Assembly: GCF_016903815.1 (NCBI RefSeq)
Contig: NZ_CP069973.1
From: Escherichia coli
GTDB lineage: Bacteria > Pseudomonadota > Gammaproteobacteria > Enterobacterales > Enterobacteriaceae
Length of the DNA stretch: 64,000 nt
Reading direction: 5' to 3' (one strand)
Shown piece by piece: positions 48,606 to 61,550 of the stretch. Positions within the stretch are counted from its first letter, which is position 1. Each line of letters starts with the position of its first letter. A model generated the notes under the pieces. That model did not search any database and was not told where the DNA came from. It saw only the letters and a program-made list of their open reading frames with translations. Made by a program: the position numbers and the translations under genes.

Positions 48606-48879
48606 TTACCTTTACCTCTTGCTGTGTCAGTTGAAGGTAGAGTTATTCTATCCATGAAATGGCTATAATCTGTGAAGAAGATCAACAAAAAACGATCATA
48701 CCCCAGATAATAAATCATTAATTATGAATATTGCCATATTAGATGCTGTTTTGTTACTTAAATGTTGTAATTTTGTGTTTTATATTTGCGTTAAGAAATT
48801 AAACCTGCCAAATAATAATATTTGGAGCAGGTTTAATAATAAATTAATCACTATTAAAGCGAATTTATTGAATAACAAT

Positions 48880-49557
48880 TCAAAGCATAAACCGATACCC
48901 AATACCGGTTTCAGTAATGAAATGGCGGGGGCGAGCGGGATCCTGTTCCAGTTTTTGTCGCAGATGTCCCATATAAATACGCAAATAATGACTGTGTTCG
49001 ACCGCGTTTGGCCCCCACACCTGGTTAAGGAGCTGGCGCTGGGTGAGCACTTTTCCGGCATTGTTGAGCAGCACCGCCAGCAGGCGAAACTCAATTGGTG
49101 TGAGATGCACCTCTTCCTCACCGCGATGGATCACGCGGGCGGCTAAATCGACGGTAACATCGGAAAATTTCACCAGCGGATCGGGCGCAGCGGTGGCGGA
49201 GTGGCGACGTAAAGCGACGCGCAGACGGGCCTGCAATTCGCCAATGCCAAACGGCTTACTCAGGTAATCATCCGCTCCGGCATCCAGCGCGGCGATTTTG
49301 TCGCTCTCTTCGCTGCGTGCGGAAAGCACAATCACTGGCACTGCGCTCCACTGGCGCAGGTCGCGGATAAACTCAATCCCATCACCATCGGGCAGGCCGA
49401 GATCGAGAATAATCAAATCTGGCTTACGGGTAGCCGCTTCCAGCAAGCCGCGTTGCAGCGTTTCGGCCTCATAGACGCGCATCCCGTCGCCCTCCAGCGC
49501 CGTGCGCAGAAAGCGACGAATAGCCTGTTCATCTTCAACAATCAGAACGTTTGTCAC
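48880..49557 (-). CDS. kdpE: Response regulator KdpE (OmpR family, 225 aa)
   Basis: Receiver domain (Asp in LIILDLGLPDGDG) plus winged-helix output domain. Confidence 0.93.
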   Translation of the reverse strand: MTNVLIVEDEQAIRRFLRTALEGDGMRVYEAETLQRGLLEAATRKPDLIILDLGLPDGDGIEFIRDLRQWSAVPVIVLSARSEESDKIAALDAGADDYLSKPFGIGELQARLRVALRRHSATAAPDPLVKFSDVTVDLAARVIHRGEEEVHLTPIEFRLLAVLLNNAGKVLTQRQLLNQVWGPNAVEHSHYLRIYMGHLRQKLEQDPARPRHFITETGIGYRFML

Positions 49558-52238
49558 ATATCCTCATGAAATTCTTCAAGTTCAGGGGCTGTTTGCTGGG
49601 GAAGTGTAACACGAAAACAGGCACCACCTTCCGGTCGGTTGAATGCGGTAATGGTGCCGCCGTGTACATCCACTATCGCCCGACAAATTGCCAACCCAAG
49701 CCCTACACCCGGTACCGCCGACTCTTTATTCCCGCGAGCAAACTTATCAAATATCGTCTGCTCCTGGCCTGGTGGAAGACCGGGGCCGTTATCCCAGACA
49801 TCCAGTTGTAGATTTTCGCCCTCAACGTGGGCATTGATACCAATTTCGGCCTGCGCCCCCGCGTATTTCACCGCGTTCTCCAGCAGATTAATCAGCACCC
49901 GTTCAAAGAGTGGCCCGTCAACGTGGATTAAGGTCAGCGGTTCTGGCAGAGAAAGATTGATGGTCGACGATAAACCCGGTTCCAGCATTTGCAGCGCGCT
50001 GCCGACCACTTCTTCCAGCGTTAACCACTCTTTCTTCAAATTAAAGCCGCCGGACTGAATTCGTGCCATATCCAGTAGATTATTCACCAGTCGGGTGGTG
50101 TTCAGCACATGCTGACGAATCTCGCTGGCCTGGCGGGCGTGGGGCGATCCTTCGCTCGCCAGATCGAGCGTTAAGATTTCTGCCTGACCGAACAGCACCG
50201 TGAGCGGAGTGCGTAAATCATGCGAAAGCGCCGCCAGCAGGGCGTTGCGGATCTGTTCACGTTCGCTTGCCATCCGCGCCTGTTCTTCGCTGGCGGTCAG
50301 TGTCAGCCGCTCAAGGGCATTGGCGACTAACAACGTAAATGTCTCCAGCAGGCGCTGCTGTTCCGGGATCATCAACTGGCGCAGATTCCCCGGTTCCACC
50401 ACCACCAGTCCGTAGGTTTTCTCGCCGCTTTTTAGCGGCAAAATCTGGTACGGTACACCGGGTAACGTGTCGGTGCCCGCGCCCGCAGGCAGACCTTTAT
50501 CAAAACTCCACTGCGCGATGGCATCGTCCCACGGGGTCATTCCTTGCGGATGTGTTAACGGCTGCAATTTACCGTTGTCATCGGGTAACAGCACCTGACT
50601 GCGGGCATGAAACGTGGAGGCAATAAACTGTTCGCTGGTGGCGGCGATGTCCTGCGGACTGCGGCCCACCGCCAGAGCTTTCGACATTTCATATAAGTGC
50701 CGTGTGCGTTGCTCGCGGTAACGGGCTACCCGCGCCTGATAACGCACGCCCGCAGTAAGGTTCCCGATCACCAGCCCGACGGTTAACATCACCGCGAAGG
50801 TCAGCAGATATTGCACATCAGAGACGGCAAGCGTGCCGCGTGGGGCGATAAAAAAGAGATCGAAACTCACCACATTAATGACGGTGGCGACCACCGAAGG
50901 CCAGCGCCCATAAAACAGTGCCACCACCACCACGCCAAGCAGATACAGCATCACCAGGTTGGCGGCATCAAACGCCATCAGCCACTGCATGGCAATTAAG
51001 GTGATAACGGCGCATAACGCGGCGGCAACCACGCATCCCTGAATCTGTACCCGCCACTTGTCTTTAAAAGAGCGGCTATCCGGCGCGTTGTTAATCGTGC
51101 GGGCGGGTGGTTCATCAAGCGCGACCAGCACCTGATCGAGATCGGGGGCGATGCGCGCCAGTCGGTCAGCAAACGTTTCCCGACGCCACCAGCGGCGCGA
51201 GGCTGGGCGACCGAGAATAATCTTGCCGAGATTATGTTCACGGGCATAACGCACTACCGCTTTCTCTTCCGCTGGATCAGAAAGTGTTGCCGTCTCTGCG
51301 CCCAGCTCCTGCGCCAGACGTAAGGCGCTGAGAATTGCCCGACGTTTTTTCTCCGGTAAGCGATGCAGGGTAGGGGTTTCAACATACACCGCGTGCCAGA
51401 CGCTACCCAGCCGTGACGCCAGCCGCGCCGCCGCGCGGACCAGTTTCTCACTACCAGTGTTATGGCCGATGCATAAAAGGATCGCGTCGCGCGTGTGCCA
51501 GACTTTCTCTTCGCCAGGATGCCCCCGCCAGGCGCGCATTTGCTCATCTACGCGATCGGCAGTACGGCGCAGTGCCAATTCGCGCAGGGCGATCAGATTA
51601 CCTTTACGAAAAAAATGTTCAATGGCGCGTTCCGCCTGCCCGGCAATATAGACTTTACCTTCTTTCAGCCGTTGACGCAGATCGTCCGGGGGCAAGTCCA
51701 CCAGCACCACGTCGTCGGCGGCATCGAAAAAAGGATCGGGCACGGTTTCTCGTACCTGAATTCCGGTGACGCCACTGACCACATCATTCAGGCTTTCCAG
51801 ATGCTGAACGTTGACGGTAGTGAAAACATCAATGCCCGCTTCCAGCAGTTCTTCGATGTCCTGCCAGCGTTTAGGATGACGAGAACCTGGCGCATTACTG
51901 TGCGCCAGTTCGTCCATTAAGATCAGCGCCGGACGGCGGGCGAGGGCGGCATCGAGATCAAACTCGCTGATATGCCGCCCACGGTACGCCTGGCGTTTGG
52001 GCGGCAGAACAGCCAGCCCTTCCAGCATTGCGGCGGTATCTTTCCGCCCGTGGGTTTCAACCACGCCAACCACAATATCCAGCCCTTGCGCCCGCAGTCG
52101 CTGGGCCTCTGCCAGCATCGCCCAGGTCTTTCCGACGCCTGCGCAGGCACCGAAGAAAACTTTCAGCTTCCCCCGATGCGGCGCGGCAGTTTGTTCCAGC
52201 AGACGATCGGGGTCGGGACGTAAAGGTTCGTTATTCAT
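49554..52238 (-). CDS. kdpD: Sensor histidine kinase KdpD (894 aa from [11 protein letters not shown])
   Basis: N-terminal KdpD/Usp domains, four TM helices, HisKA (HDLRTPL) and HATPase_c; overlaps kdpE by 4 nt and kdpC by 8 nt. Confidence 0.92.
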   Translation of the reverse strand: MNNEPLRPDPDRLLEQTAAPHRGKLKVFFGACAGVGKTWAMLAEAQRLRAQGLDIVVGVVETHGRKDTAAMLEGLAVLPPKRQAYRGRHISEFDLDAALARRPALILMDELAHSNAPGSRHPKRWQDIEELLEAGIDVFTTVNVQHLESLNDVVSGVTGIQVRETVPDPFFDAADDVVLVDLPPDDLRQRLKEGKVYIAGQAERAIEHFFRKGNLIALRELALRRTADRVDEQMRAWRGHPGEEKVWHTRDAILLCIGHNTGSEKLVRAAARLASRLGSVWHAVYVETPTLHRLPEKKRRAILSALRLAQELGAETATLSDPAEEKAVVRYAREHNLGKIILGRPASRRWWRRETFADRLARIAPDLDQVLVALDEPPARTINNAPDSRSFKDKWRVQIQGCVVAAALCAVITLIAMQWLMAFDAANLVMLYLLGVVVVALFYGRWPSVVATVINVVSFDLFFIAPRGTLAVSDVQYLLTFAVMLTVGLVIGNLTAGVRYQARVARYREQRTRHLYEMSKALAVGRSPQDIAATSEQFIASTFHARSQVLLPDDNGKLQPLTHPQGMTPWDDAIAQWSFDKGLPAGAGTDTLPGVPYQILPLKSGEKTYGLVVVEPGNLRQLMIPEQQRLLETFTLLVANALERLTLTASEEQARMASEREQIRNALLAALSHDLRTPLTVLFGQAEILTLDLASEGSPHARQASEIRQHVLNTTRLVNNLLDMARIQSGGFNLKKEWLTLEEVVGSALQMLEPGLSSTINLSLPEPLTLIHVDGPLFERVLINLLENAVKYAGAQAEIGINAHVEGENLQLDVWDNGPGLPPGQEQTIFDKFARGNKESAVPGVGLGLAICRAIVDVHGGTITAFNRPEGGACFRVTLPQQTAPELEEFHEDM

Positions 52239-52803
52239 CAAGTTTATCCAGCGCCAGATTGAGTTCGACAATGTTGACGACCGGCTGGCCGATATATTTC
52301 ACCAGCGGTTGTTGGCTGTATTTTGCGATCAGCTGCGTGAGCTGTTCAACGCTGAGATTGCGCGCTTTCGCCACGCGTGGGATCTGCCAGGCTGCCGCTT
52401 GCGGGGTGATGTTATTGTCCAGCCCGCTTGCCGATGCCGTCACCAGTTCAACCGGAACGTTCGCGCTGGCATCCGGGTTAGCGGCCCGTAATGCAGCAAC
52501 GCGTGCGGCTATTAGTTTATCCAGCTCAGGGTTACTGACCGCCAGGTTGCTCCCGCCAGAAGCCTGTGGATTATAGGGCATTTCTGCCGTTGCCGACGGG
52601 CGACCCTGAAAATAGCCGTTGCCGGTAAAATTCTGCCCGATTAATGCCGAACCGCGCACCGTATCACCTTCACGAATCAACGAACCGTTGGCCTGCCAGG
52701 GAAACCACCATTGCCCCAGCACGGTGGTTAGCAGCGGGTAAACGCCGCCAGTAATCAATAACAGAAAGAGAAATGTCGATAATGTCGGACGTAATCCACG
52801 CAT
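52231..52803 (-). CDS. kdpC: Potassium-transporting ATPase subunit KdpC (190 aa from MRGLRPTL)
   Basis: Single N-terminal TM helix followed by a periplasmic domain; synteny. Confidence 0.9.
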   Translation of the reverse strand: MRGLRPTLSTFLFLLLITGGVYPLLTTVLGQWWFPWQANGSLIREGDTVRGSALIGQNFTGNGYFQGRPSATAEMPYNPQASGGSNLAVSNPELDKLIAARVAALRAANPDASANVPVELVTASASGLDNNITPQAAAWQIPRVAKARNLSVEQLTQLIAKYSQQPLVKYIGQPVVNIVELNLALDKLDE

Positions 52804-52811
52804 GGTAAACC

Positions 52812-54860
52812 TCACACCAGACCGCAAACGGTCAGCAGTAAATCAATGACTTTGATACCGATAAACGGCACCAGCAGCCCACCCAGACCGTAAATCCATA
52901 AGTTACGGCGCAACATGGCAGAAGCGGTAAGCGGTTTATAACTCACGCCTTTTAACGCTAGGGGAATCAAAAAGACGATAATCAAGGCGTTGAAAATCAC
53001 CGCACTGAGGATTGCGGAGTCGGGCGAATGCAGGCGCATGATGTTCAGCGCATTTAACTGTGGATACGTTGCCGCGAACGCCGCCGGAATAATGGCGAAG
53101 TATTTCGCCACATCGTTGGCAATGCTGAAGGTGGTCAGCGAGCCACGGGTCATCAGCATCTGTTTGCCAATATGTACCACCTCGATCAACTTGGTCGGGT
53201 TAGAGTCGAGATCCACCATATTGCCCGCTTCTTTCGCCGCCTGAGTACCGGAGTTCATCGCCACCGCGACATCTGCCTGCGCCAGCGCCGGAGCATCGTT
53301 GGTGCCATCGCCGGTCATCGCCACTAAACGGCCTTCTGCCTGATACTGACGAATCAATGCCAGCTTGGCTTCTGGTGTCGCTTCGGCGAGGAAATCATCG
53401 ACGCCCGCTTCCGCAGCAATGGCGGCGGCAGTCAGACGGTTATCGCCGGTAATCATCACCGTTTTAATGCCCATTTTGCGCAGTTGGGCGAAGCGCTCTT
53501 TAATACCGCCTTTGACGATATCTTTTAGCGCAATAACGCCCAACACGCGGGAACCTTCCACCACGACCAGCGGTGTTGCCCCCAGGCGTGCTACTTGATC
53601 GACTTTTTGATCGACGTCGGCAGGGAAGTGACCACCATTAGCCTCAACATGGCGGCGAATGGCATCGACAGAACCTTTACGGATCATGCGGTTGTCGATG
53701 TTGATCCCGCTCATCCGGCTTTGCGCAGTAAACGGTACAAAGGTGGCATGGAGCGACTGCACATCGCGCTCGCGCAGGTTAAAACGCTGCTTGGCGAGGA
53801 TCACAATACTGCGGCCTTCCGGCGTTTCATCAGCCAGTGAAGCCAGTTGTGCGGCGTCAGCCAGCGTTTTTTCATCCACGCCCTGCGCGGGGATAAGCTC
53901 CGACGCCTGACGGTTACCGAGTGTGATGGTGCCGGTTTTATCCAGTAGCAGAACGTCAACGTCACCTGCCGCTTCAACTGCACGTCCGCTGGTGGCAATC
54001 ACATTCGCGCCCAGCATCCGACTCATCCCGGCGACGCCGATCGCTGACAACAGGCCGCCAATAGTGGTTGGGATCAGACAGACCAGCAGCGCCACCAGTA
54101 CCGTTACACTCACTGCATTACCGCCCCACGCGGAAAACGGCCACAGCGTGGCGGTTGCCAGTAAAAAGACGATAGTCAGGGCAATCAGGAGAATGGTCAG
54201 GGCAATCTCGTTCGGCGTTTTGCGTCGCTGTGCGCCTTCCACCATCGCGATCATCCTATCCAGAAATGTCTCGCCGGGGTTAACGCTGCACTCAATCACC
54301 AGCCAGTCAGAAAGAATACGCGTGCCGCCAGTGACGGAGGCAAAATCGCCGCCGGATTCACGGATCACCGGTGCCGATTCCCCGGTGATGGCGCTTTCAT
54401 CGACCGATGCGCCCCCTTCAATGACTTCACCATCGCAGGGGATAATATCGCCAGCTTCTACCAGTACGATATCGCCTTTACGCAGTTGATCGGCGGGAAC
54501 TTTGTCCGCCGCAGCGCCATATTTCGGCTCACACAGCTTGCGGGCAAAGGCAGTTTTTTTCACCCCTTTCAGGCTGTTGGCCTGCGCTTTACTGCGGCCT
54601 TCTGCCAGCGCCTCGGCGAAATTAGCGAACAGTACGGTGATCCACAGCCAGCCGCTAATGGCCGCGCTAAACAGCGCATTGCCAGGCATCGCACCGCTTG
54701 CCATCGCGATGCTAATACAGGTGGTCAGCAGACTGCCGATCCAGACGATAAACATCACCGGATTGCGCCATTGCGCCTGCGGGTTTAATTTTTTCACCGC
54801 TTCTTTCAGCGCCTGAACGACAAGTGTTGGTTCGAATAGCGCCAGTTGTTTACGACTCAT
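52812..54860 (-). CDS. kdpB: Potassium-transporting P-type ATPase catalytic subunit KdpB (682 aa)
   Basis: DKTGTIT phosphorylation motif and [10 protein letters not shown] hinge. Confidence 0.93.
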   Translation of the reverse strand: MSRKQLALFEPTLVVQALKEAVKKLNPQAQWRNPVMFIVWIGSLLTTCISIAMASGAMPGNALFSAAISGWLWITVLFANFAEALAEGRSKAQANSLKGVKKTAFARKLCEPKYGAAADKVPADQLRKGDIVLVEAGDIIPCDGEVIEGGASVDESAITGESAPVIRESGGDFASVTGGTRILSDWLVIECSVNPGETFLDRMIAMVEGAQRRKTPNEIALTILLIALTIVFLLATATLWPFSAWGGNAVSVTVLVALLVCLIPTTIGGLLSAIGVAGMSRMLGANVIATSGRAVEAAGDVDVLLLDKTGTITLGNRQASELIPAQGVDEKTLADAAQLASLADETPEGRSIVILAKQRFNLRERDVQSLHATFVPFTAQSRMSGINIDNRMIRKGSVDAIRRHVEANGGHFPADVDQKVDQVARLGATPLVVVEGSRVLGVIALKDIVKGGIKERFAQLRKMGIKTVMITGDNRLTAAAIAAEAGVDDFLAEATPEAKLALIRQYQAEGRLVAMTGDGTNDAPALAQADVAVAMNSGTQAAKEAGNMVDLDSNPTKLIEVVHIGKQMLMTRGSLTTFSIANDVAKYFAIIPAAFAATYPQLNALNIMRLHSPDSAILSAVIFNALIIVFLIPLALKGVSYKPLTASAMLRRNLWIYGLGGLLVPFIGIKVIDLLLTVCGLV

Positions 54861-54882
54861 ATTCAGTGCTCACTCAATATCA

Positions 54883-56556
54883 TCAGGAGAGATATTCCGC
54901 CACCGGACCAAGCGCCAGGGCAGGGATAAAGGTCAGTGCGCCAACCAGCAACACGGTGCCGATTAACAGGCCAACAAACAGCGGGCCGTGCGTTGGCAGC
55001 GTGCCGGAGCTGGCGGGTTGGCTCTTTTTACTCACCAACGAACCGGCAATTGCCATCACCGGGATAATCACCCCGAAGCGACCGACAAACATGCAGAACG
55101 CCAGTAAACAGTTCCAGAATGGGGAGTTGGCGCTTAATCCGGCAAAGGCGCTGCCGTTGTTGTTAGCGGCGGACGACACGGCGTACAGCACTTCGCTAAA
55201 ACCATGCGGGCCAGGGTTGAGCATGGCGCTACGTCCGGCGTCGGTCATCATTGCCAGCGCCGCGCCCATCAGCACCAGTGTTGGAGTAACCAGAATCGCC
55301 AGTGCAGTCAGTTTCATCTCGCGTACGTCGATTTTTTTACCCAGATATTCCGGTGTACGACCAATCATCAGCCCGGCAATAAACACCGCCAGCAGAACAA
55401 ACAGCATCATGCCGTAAAGACCAGAACCGACACCGCCGAATACCACTTCACCAATTTGCATCAGCCACATCGGCACCATGCCACCGAGAGCGGTAAACGA
55501 ATCATGCATCGCAATCACCGCGCCACAGGACGCCGCCGTAGTCACGACCGCAAACAGGCTACTGACCAGCACGCCGAAACGGCTCTCTTTACCTTCCATA
55601 TTGATGCTGCTGTCCGCACCCAGCGCCAGCAGATGAGGATTACCCTGAACTTCTGCCCACATCACCACGCCTACGCAGATGACAAAAATCACTGACATCG
55701 CCCACAGCAACATGCGCCCCTGGCGGCGATCGCCCGTCACTTCACCAAAGGCAAAGCACAGCGCTGTTGGGATCAAGAAGATCGCCAGCATCTGCACGAA
55801 GTTGGTCAGTGCGGTTGGGTTTTCAAACGGATGCGACGAGTTGGCATTAAAGAAGCCACCGCCGTTAGTACCGAGCATCTTGATCGCTTCCTGAGAAGCC
55901 ACCGGACCCATGGGTAACAGCTGTTGCGCTCCTTCAACGGTATTCACCGCCTGATAGGGCAGAAAGTTTTGCAGTGCACCTTGTTGAATAAAAAACAGTG
56001 CGATCAACAACGCCACAGGGACTAGCACCCATAACGTGATGCGTAGCAGATCGACCCAGGCATTCCCGAGTGTGCTCATGCTCTGGCGGGTAAATGCACG
56101 GATGAGGGCAAAAATCACCGCAATCCCGCTGGCGGCAGAAAGAAAGTTTTGCACCGTTAAGCCCGCCATCTGGCTGAAATAGCTCAACGTGGTTTCACCG
56201 CTATAAGATTGCCAGTTGGTATTGGTGACAAAGCTGACGGCGGTATTCAGCGCCAGATCCCACGACAGCCCTGGCAACTGCTGTGGATTAAGCGGCAGAT
56301 AGTGCTGACCGAGCAACATAAAAAACAGCACCGCCAGCCCCAGCATGTTCAGGCCGAGAATGGCAGAGAGATACTGCTTCCAGTTCATCTCACTGTCAGA
56401 GACGCCAGGTAAACGAAAAAGTACGCGTTCAACACCCGCTGTACCGGGAAGAGGTATGTCGTTAATCAGCCGCGCCAGCCCGCTGCCTAAAGGACGCGCC
56501 AGCACCATTAACACCAGTAAAAACGTGGCAATCAGTAAGAACCCTTGCGCAGCCAT
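54883..56556 (-). CDS. kdpA: Potassium-transporting ATPase channel subunit KdpA (557 aa from [12 protein letters not shown])
   Basis: SKT-superfamily membrane protein; the track ORF extends 65 codons upstream across kdpF. Confidence 0.9.
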   Translation of the reverse strand: MAAQGFLLIATFLLVLMVLARPLGSGLARLINDIPLPGTAGVERVLFRLPGVSDSEMNWKQYLSAILGLNMLGLAVLFFMLLGQHYLPLNPQQLPGLSWDLALNTAVSFVTNTNWQSYSGETTLSYFSQMAGLTVQNFLSAASGIAVIFALIRAFTRQSMSTLGNAWVDLLRITLWVLVPVALLIALFFIQQGALQNFLPYQAVNTVEGAQQLLPMGPVASQEAIKMLGTNGGGFFNANSSHPFENPTALTNFVQMLAIFLIPTALCFAFGEVTGDRRQGRMLLWAMSVIFVICVGVVMWAEVQGNPHLLALGADSSINMEGKESRFGVLVSSLFAVVTTAASCGAVIAMHDSFTALGGMVPMWLMQIGEVVFGGVGSGLYGMMLFVLLAVFIAGLMIGRTPEYLGKKIDVREMKLTALAILVTPTLVLMGAALAMMTDAGRSAMLNPGPHGFSEVLYAVSSAANNNGSAFAGLSANSPFWNCLLAFCMFVGRFGVIIPVMAIAGSLVSKKSQPASSGTLPTHGPLFVGLLIGTVLLVGALTFIPALALGPVAEYLS

Positions 56557-56645
56557 CAGAACGCCTCCGCATTGATCAGGGCATAAACCAGATAACCCAG
56601 TAATAAAAACACCAGCAACACGCCGGCTATCACGTCTGCACTCAC
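56556..56645 (-). CDS. kdpF: KdpF small subunit (29 aa; [29 protein letters not shown]), GTG start, stop overlapping the kdpA ATG
   Basis: Manual minus-strand translation; single hydrophobic helix; TGATG overlap with kdpA. Confidence 0.7.
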   Translation of the reverse strand: MSADVIAGVLLVFLLLGYLVYALINAEAF

Positions 56646-56760
56646 AGTGCACCTCCAGTGGCCTAAAAGTGATACCGGAAGGGTAGAATTCTGGCTGCAA
56701 AGATTTCGCAAAAATCTTCGGGCGGGATGTAAAAAAAGTATAAAATGGCAAAAGCCATGA
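56646..56760 (-). promoter_or_regulatory. kdpFABC promoter with expected KdpE-binding site
   Basis: Established knowledge; AT-rich region upstream of kdpF. Confidence 0.4.
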
Positions 56761-56956
56761 TTTAACTGATGGTTAGTATTAATTTAACTTTTGTGTAACT
56801 TAATTACACGATGAATGTAAATAAACCATCAATAAGCAAAAATAAGTGGTCGGATGAGTAGTAAAATTACACAAAAGGCGGTACTATTTTCATCAGATAA
56901 ACAAATTCATTTTTCCGGTGCCATTCACCGGGTAGATACAAAAGGGGGAGAAAAGT

Positions 56957-57163
56957 ATGGAACTCTACAGAGAATATCCTGCATGGCTTATCTTTTTACG
57001 CCGTACTTATGCGGTTGCAGCGGGCGTTCTGGCGCTGCCTTTCATGCTTTTCTGGAAAGACCGCGCCCGCTTTTACAGCTACCTGCACCGCGTCTGGTCG
57101 AAAACCAGCGAGAAACCGGTGTGGATGGATCAGGCAGAAAAGGCAACTGGTGATTTTTACTGA
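56957..57163 (+). CDS. ybfA: Small membrane protein YbfA (DUF2517, 68 aa)
   Basis: 68 aa with a hydrophobic core segment; conserved position upstream of rhsC. Confidence 0.75.
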   Translation: MELYREYPAWLIFLRRTYAVAAGVLALPFMLFWKDRARFYSYLHRVWSKTSEKPVWMDQAEKATGDFY

Positions 57164-57192
57164 TTGCTAAATATTACGTTCAAAGAAAAGAA

Positions 57193-57223
57193 AACCGCCA
57201 GCGGAAACGCTGGCGGTTTTTTT
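57193..57223 (+). terminator. ybfA rho-independent terminator (aaaaccgccagcg-gaaa-cgctggcggttttttt)
   Basis: 11-bp stem plus T7. Confidence 0.7.
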
Positions 57224-57410
57224 GTCGGGAAGACGTTCAGGTAAGTATTTATACATCGCATTACCCAACCGAAATATATATTCATGAAATATATATAAAT
57301 ATTTTCCTAATTGTTCTTATCTGACAGATATCTCACTTAAGGCTTTCTTATAAATCTGTAGGGTTTCGCCTGTCAGCAGACAAATAACCCGATAAAACAA
57401 GGATGAGCAG

Positions 57411-60400
57411 ATGAGTGGAAAACCGGCGGCGCGTCAGGGCGACATGACGCAGTATGGCGGTAGCATTGTCCAGGGTTCAGCCGGGGTGCGCATCGGTGCC
57501 CCCACCGGCGTGGCCTGTTCGGTGTGCCCCGGCGGGGTGACGTCCGGCCATCCGGTCAATCCGCTGCTCGGCGCGAAGGTCCTTCCCGGAGAAACCGACC
57601 TTGCCCTGCCCGGCCCGCTGCCGTTCATCCTCTCCCGCACCTACAGCAGTTACCGGACAAAAACGCCCGCGCCGGTGGGGAGCCTCGGCCCCGGCTGGAA
57701 AATGCCTGCGGATATCCGCTTACAGCTGCGCGATAACACACTGATACTCAGTGATAACGGCGGCAGAAGCCTGTATTTTGAGCACCTGTTTCCCGGTGAG
57801 GACGGTTACAGCCGCAGCGAGTCACTCTGGCTGGTGCGCGGCGGTGTCCTGAAACTGGATGAAGGTCACCGGCTGGCCGCACTCTGGCAGGCGCTGCCGG
57901 AAGAACTCCGCTTAAGTCCGCATCGTTATCTGGCGACGAACAGTCCGCAGGGGCCGTGGTGGGTACTCGGCTGGTGTGAGCGGGTGCCGGAGGCGGATGA
58001 GGTGCTGCCTGCGCCGCTGCCGCCGTACCGGGTACTGACCGGGCTGGTGGACCGCTTCGGGCGCACACAGACGTTCCACCGTGAGGCTGGCGGCGAAATC
58101 ACCGGCGTGACGGATGGTGCCGGGCGTCACTTCCGGCTGGTACTGACCACGCAGGCGCAGCGGGCAGAAGAAGCCCGGCAGCAGGCCTCTTCCGGCGGGA
58201 CGGAACCGTCCGCTTTTCCTGATACCCTGCCGGGTTACACCGAATATGGCCGGGACAACGGCATCCGTCTGTCTGCCGTGTGGCTGACGCACGACCCGGA
58301 ATACCCGGAGAATTTACCTGCCGCGCCGCTGGTGCGCTATGGCTGGACGCCACGCGGCGAACTGGCGGCGGTGTATGACCGCAGCAATACACAGGTGCGC
58401 AGCTTTACTTACGATGATAAATACCGGGGCCGGATGGTGGCGCACCGTCACACGGGCCGGCCGGAAATCCGTTACCGTTACGACAGCGACGGGCGGGTGA
58501 CAGAACAGCTAAACCCGGCAGGCTTAAGCTACACGTATCAGTATGAGAAAGACCGCATCACCATCACCGACAGTATGGACCGCCGTGAAGTGCTGCACAC
58601 GCAGGGCGAAGGCGGGCTGAAGCGGGTGGTGAAAAAGGAACACGCGGACGGCAGCGTCACGCAGAGTCAGTTTGATGCGGTGGGCAGGCTTAAGGCACAG
58701 ACGGATGCCGCAGGCCGGACGACTGAGTACAGCCCGGATGTGGTGACGGGACTCATCACGCGCATCACCACACCGGATGGCAGGGCATCGGCATTTTACT
58801 ATAACCACCACAACCAGTTAACGTCAGCCACCGGGCCTGACGGGCTGGAAATACGCCGGGAATATGATGAATCCGGCCGTCTGATTCAGGAAACCGCACA
58901 CAACGGCGATATCACCCGCTACCGTTATGATAATCCACACAGTGACTTACCCTGCGCAACGGAAGATGCCACCGGCAGCCGGAAAACCATGACATGGAGC
59001 CGTTACGGTCAGTTGCTGACCGTCACTGACTGTTCCGGTTATGTAACCCGTTATGACCATGACCGTTTTGGTCAGGTGACGGCGGTGCACCGCGAGGAAG
59101 GGCTGAGTCAGTACCGCGCATACGACAGCCGTGGACAGTTAATTGCGGTGAAAGACACGCAGGGCCATGAAACGCGGTATGAATACAACGCCGCCGGTGA
59201 CCTGACCGCCGTCATTGCCCCGGACGGCAGCAGAAACGGGACACAGTACGATGCGTGGGGAAAGGCCATCCGTACCACACAGGGCGGTCTGACGCGCAGT
59301 ATGGAATACGATGCTGCCGGACGGGTCATCCGCCTGACCAGTGAAAACGGCAGCCACACCACCTTCCGTTACGATGTACTCGACCGGCTGATACAGGAAA
59401 CCGGCTTTGACGGCCGCACACAGCGTTATCACCACGACCTGACCGGCAAACTTATCCGCAGCGAGGATGAGGGGCTGGTCACCCACTGGCACTATGACGA
59501 AGCAGACCGCATCACACAGCGAACGGTGAATGGTGAAACCGCAGAACAGTGGCGGTACGACGAACGCGGCTGGCTGACACAAATCAGCCATCTCAGCGAA
59601 GGCCACCGGGTGACGGTGCATTACGGGTATGATGAGAAAGGCCGCCTGACCGGTGAGCGCCAGACGGTGCATCACCCGCAGACGGAAGCACTGCTCTGGC
59701 AGCATGAAACCAGACACGCTTACAACGCGCAGGGACTGGCGAACCGCTGTATACCGGACAGCCTGCCCGCCGTGGAATGGCTGACTTACGGCAGCGGCTG
59801 GCTGGCAGGCATGAAACTCGGCGACACACCGCTGGTGGATTTCACCCGCGACCGCCTGCACCGGGAAACGCTGCGCAGCTTCGGCCGTTATGAACTCACC
59901 ACCGCTTATACCTCTGCCGGGCAGTTACAGAGCCAGCACCTGAACAGCCTGCAGTATGACCGCGATTACACCTGGAACGACAACGGCGAACTCATCCGCA
60001 TCAGCAGCCCGCGCCAGACCCGGAGTTACAGCTACAGCGACACCGGCAGGCTGACCGGCGTCCACACCACGGCAGCGAACCTTGATATCCGCATCCCGTA
60101 TGCCACGGACCCGGCGGGCAACCGCCTGCCCGACCCGGAGCTGCACCCGGACAGCCCCCTCAGCGCATGGCCGGATAACCGTATCGCCCGTGACGCGCAC
60201 TATCTTTACCGGTATGACCGTCACGGCAGGCTGACGGAGAAAACCGACCTCATCCCGGAAGGGGTTATCCGCACGGATGATGAGCGGACTCACCGGTACC
60301 ATTACGACAGCCGGCACCGGCTGGTGCACTACACGCGGACACAATATGCAGAGCCGCTGGTCGAAAGTCGCTATCTTTACGACCTGCTGGGCCGCAGGGT

Positions 60401-61550
60401 GGCAAAACGGGTATGGCGGCGTGAACGGGACCTGACGGGCTGGATGTCGCTGTCATGGAAACCGGAAGTGCCCTGGTACGGCTGGGACGGCGACCGGCTG
60501 ACCACAATACAGAACGACAGAACCCGCATCCAGACGGTTTATCAGCCGGGGAGCTTCACGCCACTCATCAGAGTTGAAACTGCCACCGGTGAGCTGGCGA
60601 AAACGCAGCGCCGCAGCCTGGCGGATGCGCTTCAGCAGTCCGGCGGTGAAGACGGTGGCAGTGTGGTGTTCCCGCCGGTGCTGGTGCAGATGCTCGACCG
60701 GCTGGAAAGTGAAATCCTGGCTGACCGGGTGAGTGAGGAAAGCCGCCGCTGGCTGGCATCGTGCGGCCTGACGGTGGAGCAGATACAAAACCAGATGGAC
60801 CCGGTGTACACGCCGGCGCGAAAAATCCACCTGTACCACTGCGACCATCGCGGCCTGCCGCTGGCGCTTGTCAGCACGGAAGGGGCAACAGAATGGTGCG
60901 CAGAATACGATGAATGGGGCAACCTGCTGAATGAAGAGAACCCGCATCAGCTGCAGCAGCTCATCCGCCTGCCGGGTCAGCAGTATGATGAGGAGTCCGG
61001 CCTGTATTACAACCGCCACCGCTATTATGACCCGCTGAAGGGGCGGTATATCACTCAGGATCCGATTGGACTGAAGGGGGGATGGAATTTTTATCAGTAT
61101 CCGTTAAATCCGATCTCAGAGATAGACCCACAAGGGTTAAATCCGTTAATTCTTAGTGTTGTAGCACTGATGAGTTGCGGTTTGTTTTCATCAGGTGGTG
61201 TTATCCAAAGTGGGCAACAACGCAGAGATCAATATGGCCGTAAAGTTAATCCAGAAGCCGACAAATTAACAGATGAACATAAGTCAGGTGTAAATCCTGG
61301 TGGTAACTGTAGTCCCCAGAACCTGAGTGACTTACAAAATGAAAAAAACAGATTATGTAACCAGTCTAGAGCTTGCGCTCCTCAGATGCTGAGAAAAGAA
61401 ATATTGAGACGGTACGAGATAAATTTGGCGTGCGCTTCGGTCAGAAAGCAGATTAATAATCAGTGCTTTGGTGGTGGAGATAAGGCCCATATGGAAGAAG
61501 AGAATAAAGCATATAAAACAGCAGCTGATTGCAGTGGCTTAATAAAATGA
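57411..61550 (+). CDS. rhsC: PAAR-domain RHS-repeat polymorphic toxin (RhsC-type, 1379 aa) with a variable low-GC C-terminal toxin tip
   Basis: N-terminal PAAR-like segment ([11 protein letters not shown]...), many YD/RHS repeats ([27 protein letters not shown] and others), core-end motif PxxxxDPxGL (DPIGLKGG...EIDPQGL) at about 61080–61140, then an AT-rich Cys-rich tip of roughly 135 aa. Confidence 0.9.
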   Translation: MSGKPAARQGDMTQYGGSIVQGSAGVRIGAPTGVACSVCPGGVTSGHPVNPLLGAKVLPGETDLALPGPLPFILSRTYSSYRTKTPAPVGSLGPGWKMPADIRLQLRDNTLILSDNGGRSLYFEHLFPGEDGYSRSESLWLVRGGVLKLDEGHRLAALWQALPEELRLSPHRYLATNSPQGPWWVLGWCERVPEADEVLPAPLPPYRVLTGLVDRFGRTQTFHREAGGEITGVTDGAGRHFRLVLTTQAQRAEEARQQASSGGTEPSAFPDTLPGYTEYGRDNGIRLSAVWLTHDPEYPENLPAAPLVRYGWTPRGELAAVYDRSNTQVRSFTYDDKYRGRMVAHRHTGRPEIRYRYDSDGRVTEQLNPAGLSYTYQYEKDRITITDSMDRREVLHTQGEGGLKRVVKKEHADGSVTQSQFDAVGRLKAQTDAAGRTTEYSPDVVTGLITRITTPDGRASAFYYNHHNQLTSATGPDGLEIRREYDESGRLIQETAHNGDITRYRYDNPHSDLPCATEDATGSRKTMTWSRYGQLLTVTDCSGYVTRYDHDRFGQVTAVHREEGLSQYRAYDSRGQLIAVKDTQGHETRYEYNAAGDLTAVIAPDGSRNGTQYDAWGKAIRTTQGGLTRSMEYDAAGRVIRLTSENGSHTTFRYDVLDRLIQETGFDGRTQRYHHDLTGKLIRSEDEGLVTHWHYDEADRITQRTVNGETAEQWRYDERGWLTQISHLSEGHRVTVHYGYDEKGRLTGERQTVHHPQTEALLWQHETRHAYNAQGLANRCIPDSLPAVEWLTYGSGWLAGMKLGDTPLVDFTRDRLHRETLRSFGRYELTTAYTSAGQLQSQHLNSLQYDRDYTWNDNGELIRISSPRQTRSYSYSDTGRLTGVHTTAANLDIRIPYATDPAGNRLPDPELHPDSPLSAWPDNRIARDAHYLYRYDRHGRLTEKTDLIPEGVIRTDDERTHRYHYDSRHRLVHYTRTQYAEPLVESRYLYDLLGRRVAKRVWRRERDLTGWMSLSWKPEVPWYGWDGDRLTTIQNDRTRIQTVYQPGSFTPLIRVETATGELAKTQRRSLADALQQSGGEDGGSVVFPPVLVQMLDRLESEILADRVSEESRRWLASCGLTVEQIQNQMDPVYTPARKIHLYHCDHRGLPLALVSTEGATEWCAEYDEWGNLLNEENPHQLQQLIRLPGQQYDEESGLYYNRHRYYDPLKGRYITQDPIGLKGGWNFYQYPLNPISEIDPQGLNPLILSVVALMSCGLFSSGGVIQSGQQRRDQYGRKVNPEADKLTDEHKSGVNPGGNCSPQNLSDLQNEKNRLCNQSRACAPQMLRKEILRRYEINLACASVRKQINNQCFGGGDKAHMEEENKAYKTAADCSGLIK

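Noticed and set aside
48724-49146. 140-aa plus-strand ORF starting in the AT-rich speF–kdpE spacer
   Set aside because: It overlaps the 3' 267 nt of kdpE on the opposite strand and is AT-rich low-complexity at its start; a small ybfK-like gene in the spacer is possible but I cannot support it from sequence alone.
59139-61019. Long minus-strand ORFs (240, 139 and 188 aa) inside rhsC
   Set aside because: They are antisense to a GC-rich RHS-repeat coding region where stop codons are rare on every frame, and they have no start or RBS context or domain-like sequence; judged artefacts.
61520-61550. DCSGL motif at the extreme C-terminus of RhsC, resembling the NlpC/P60 catalytic-cysteine motif
   Set aside because: The motif sits 4 residues from the stop codon with no downstream His or polar residue to complete a papain-like triad; most likely coincidental.
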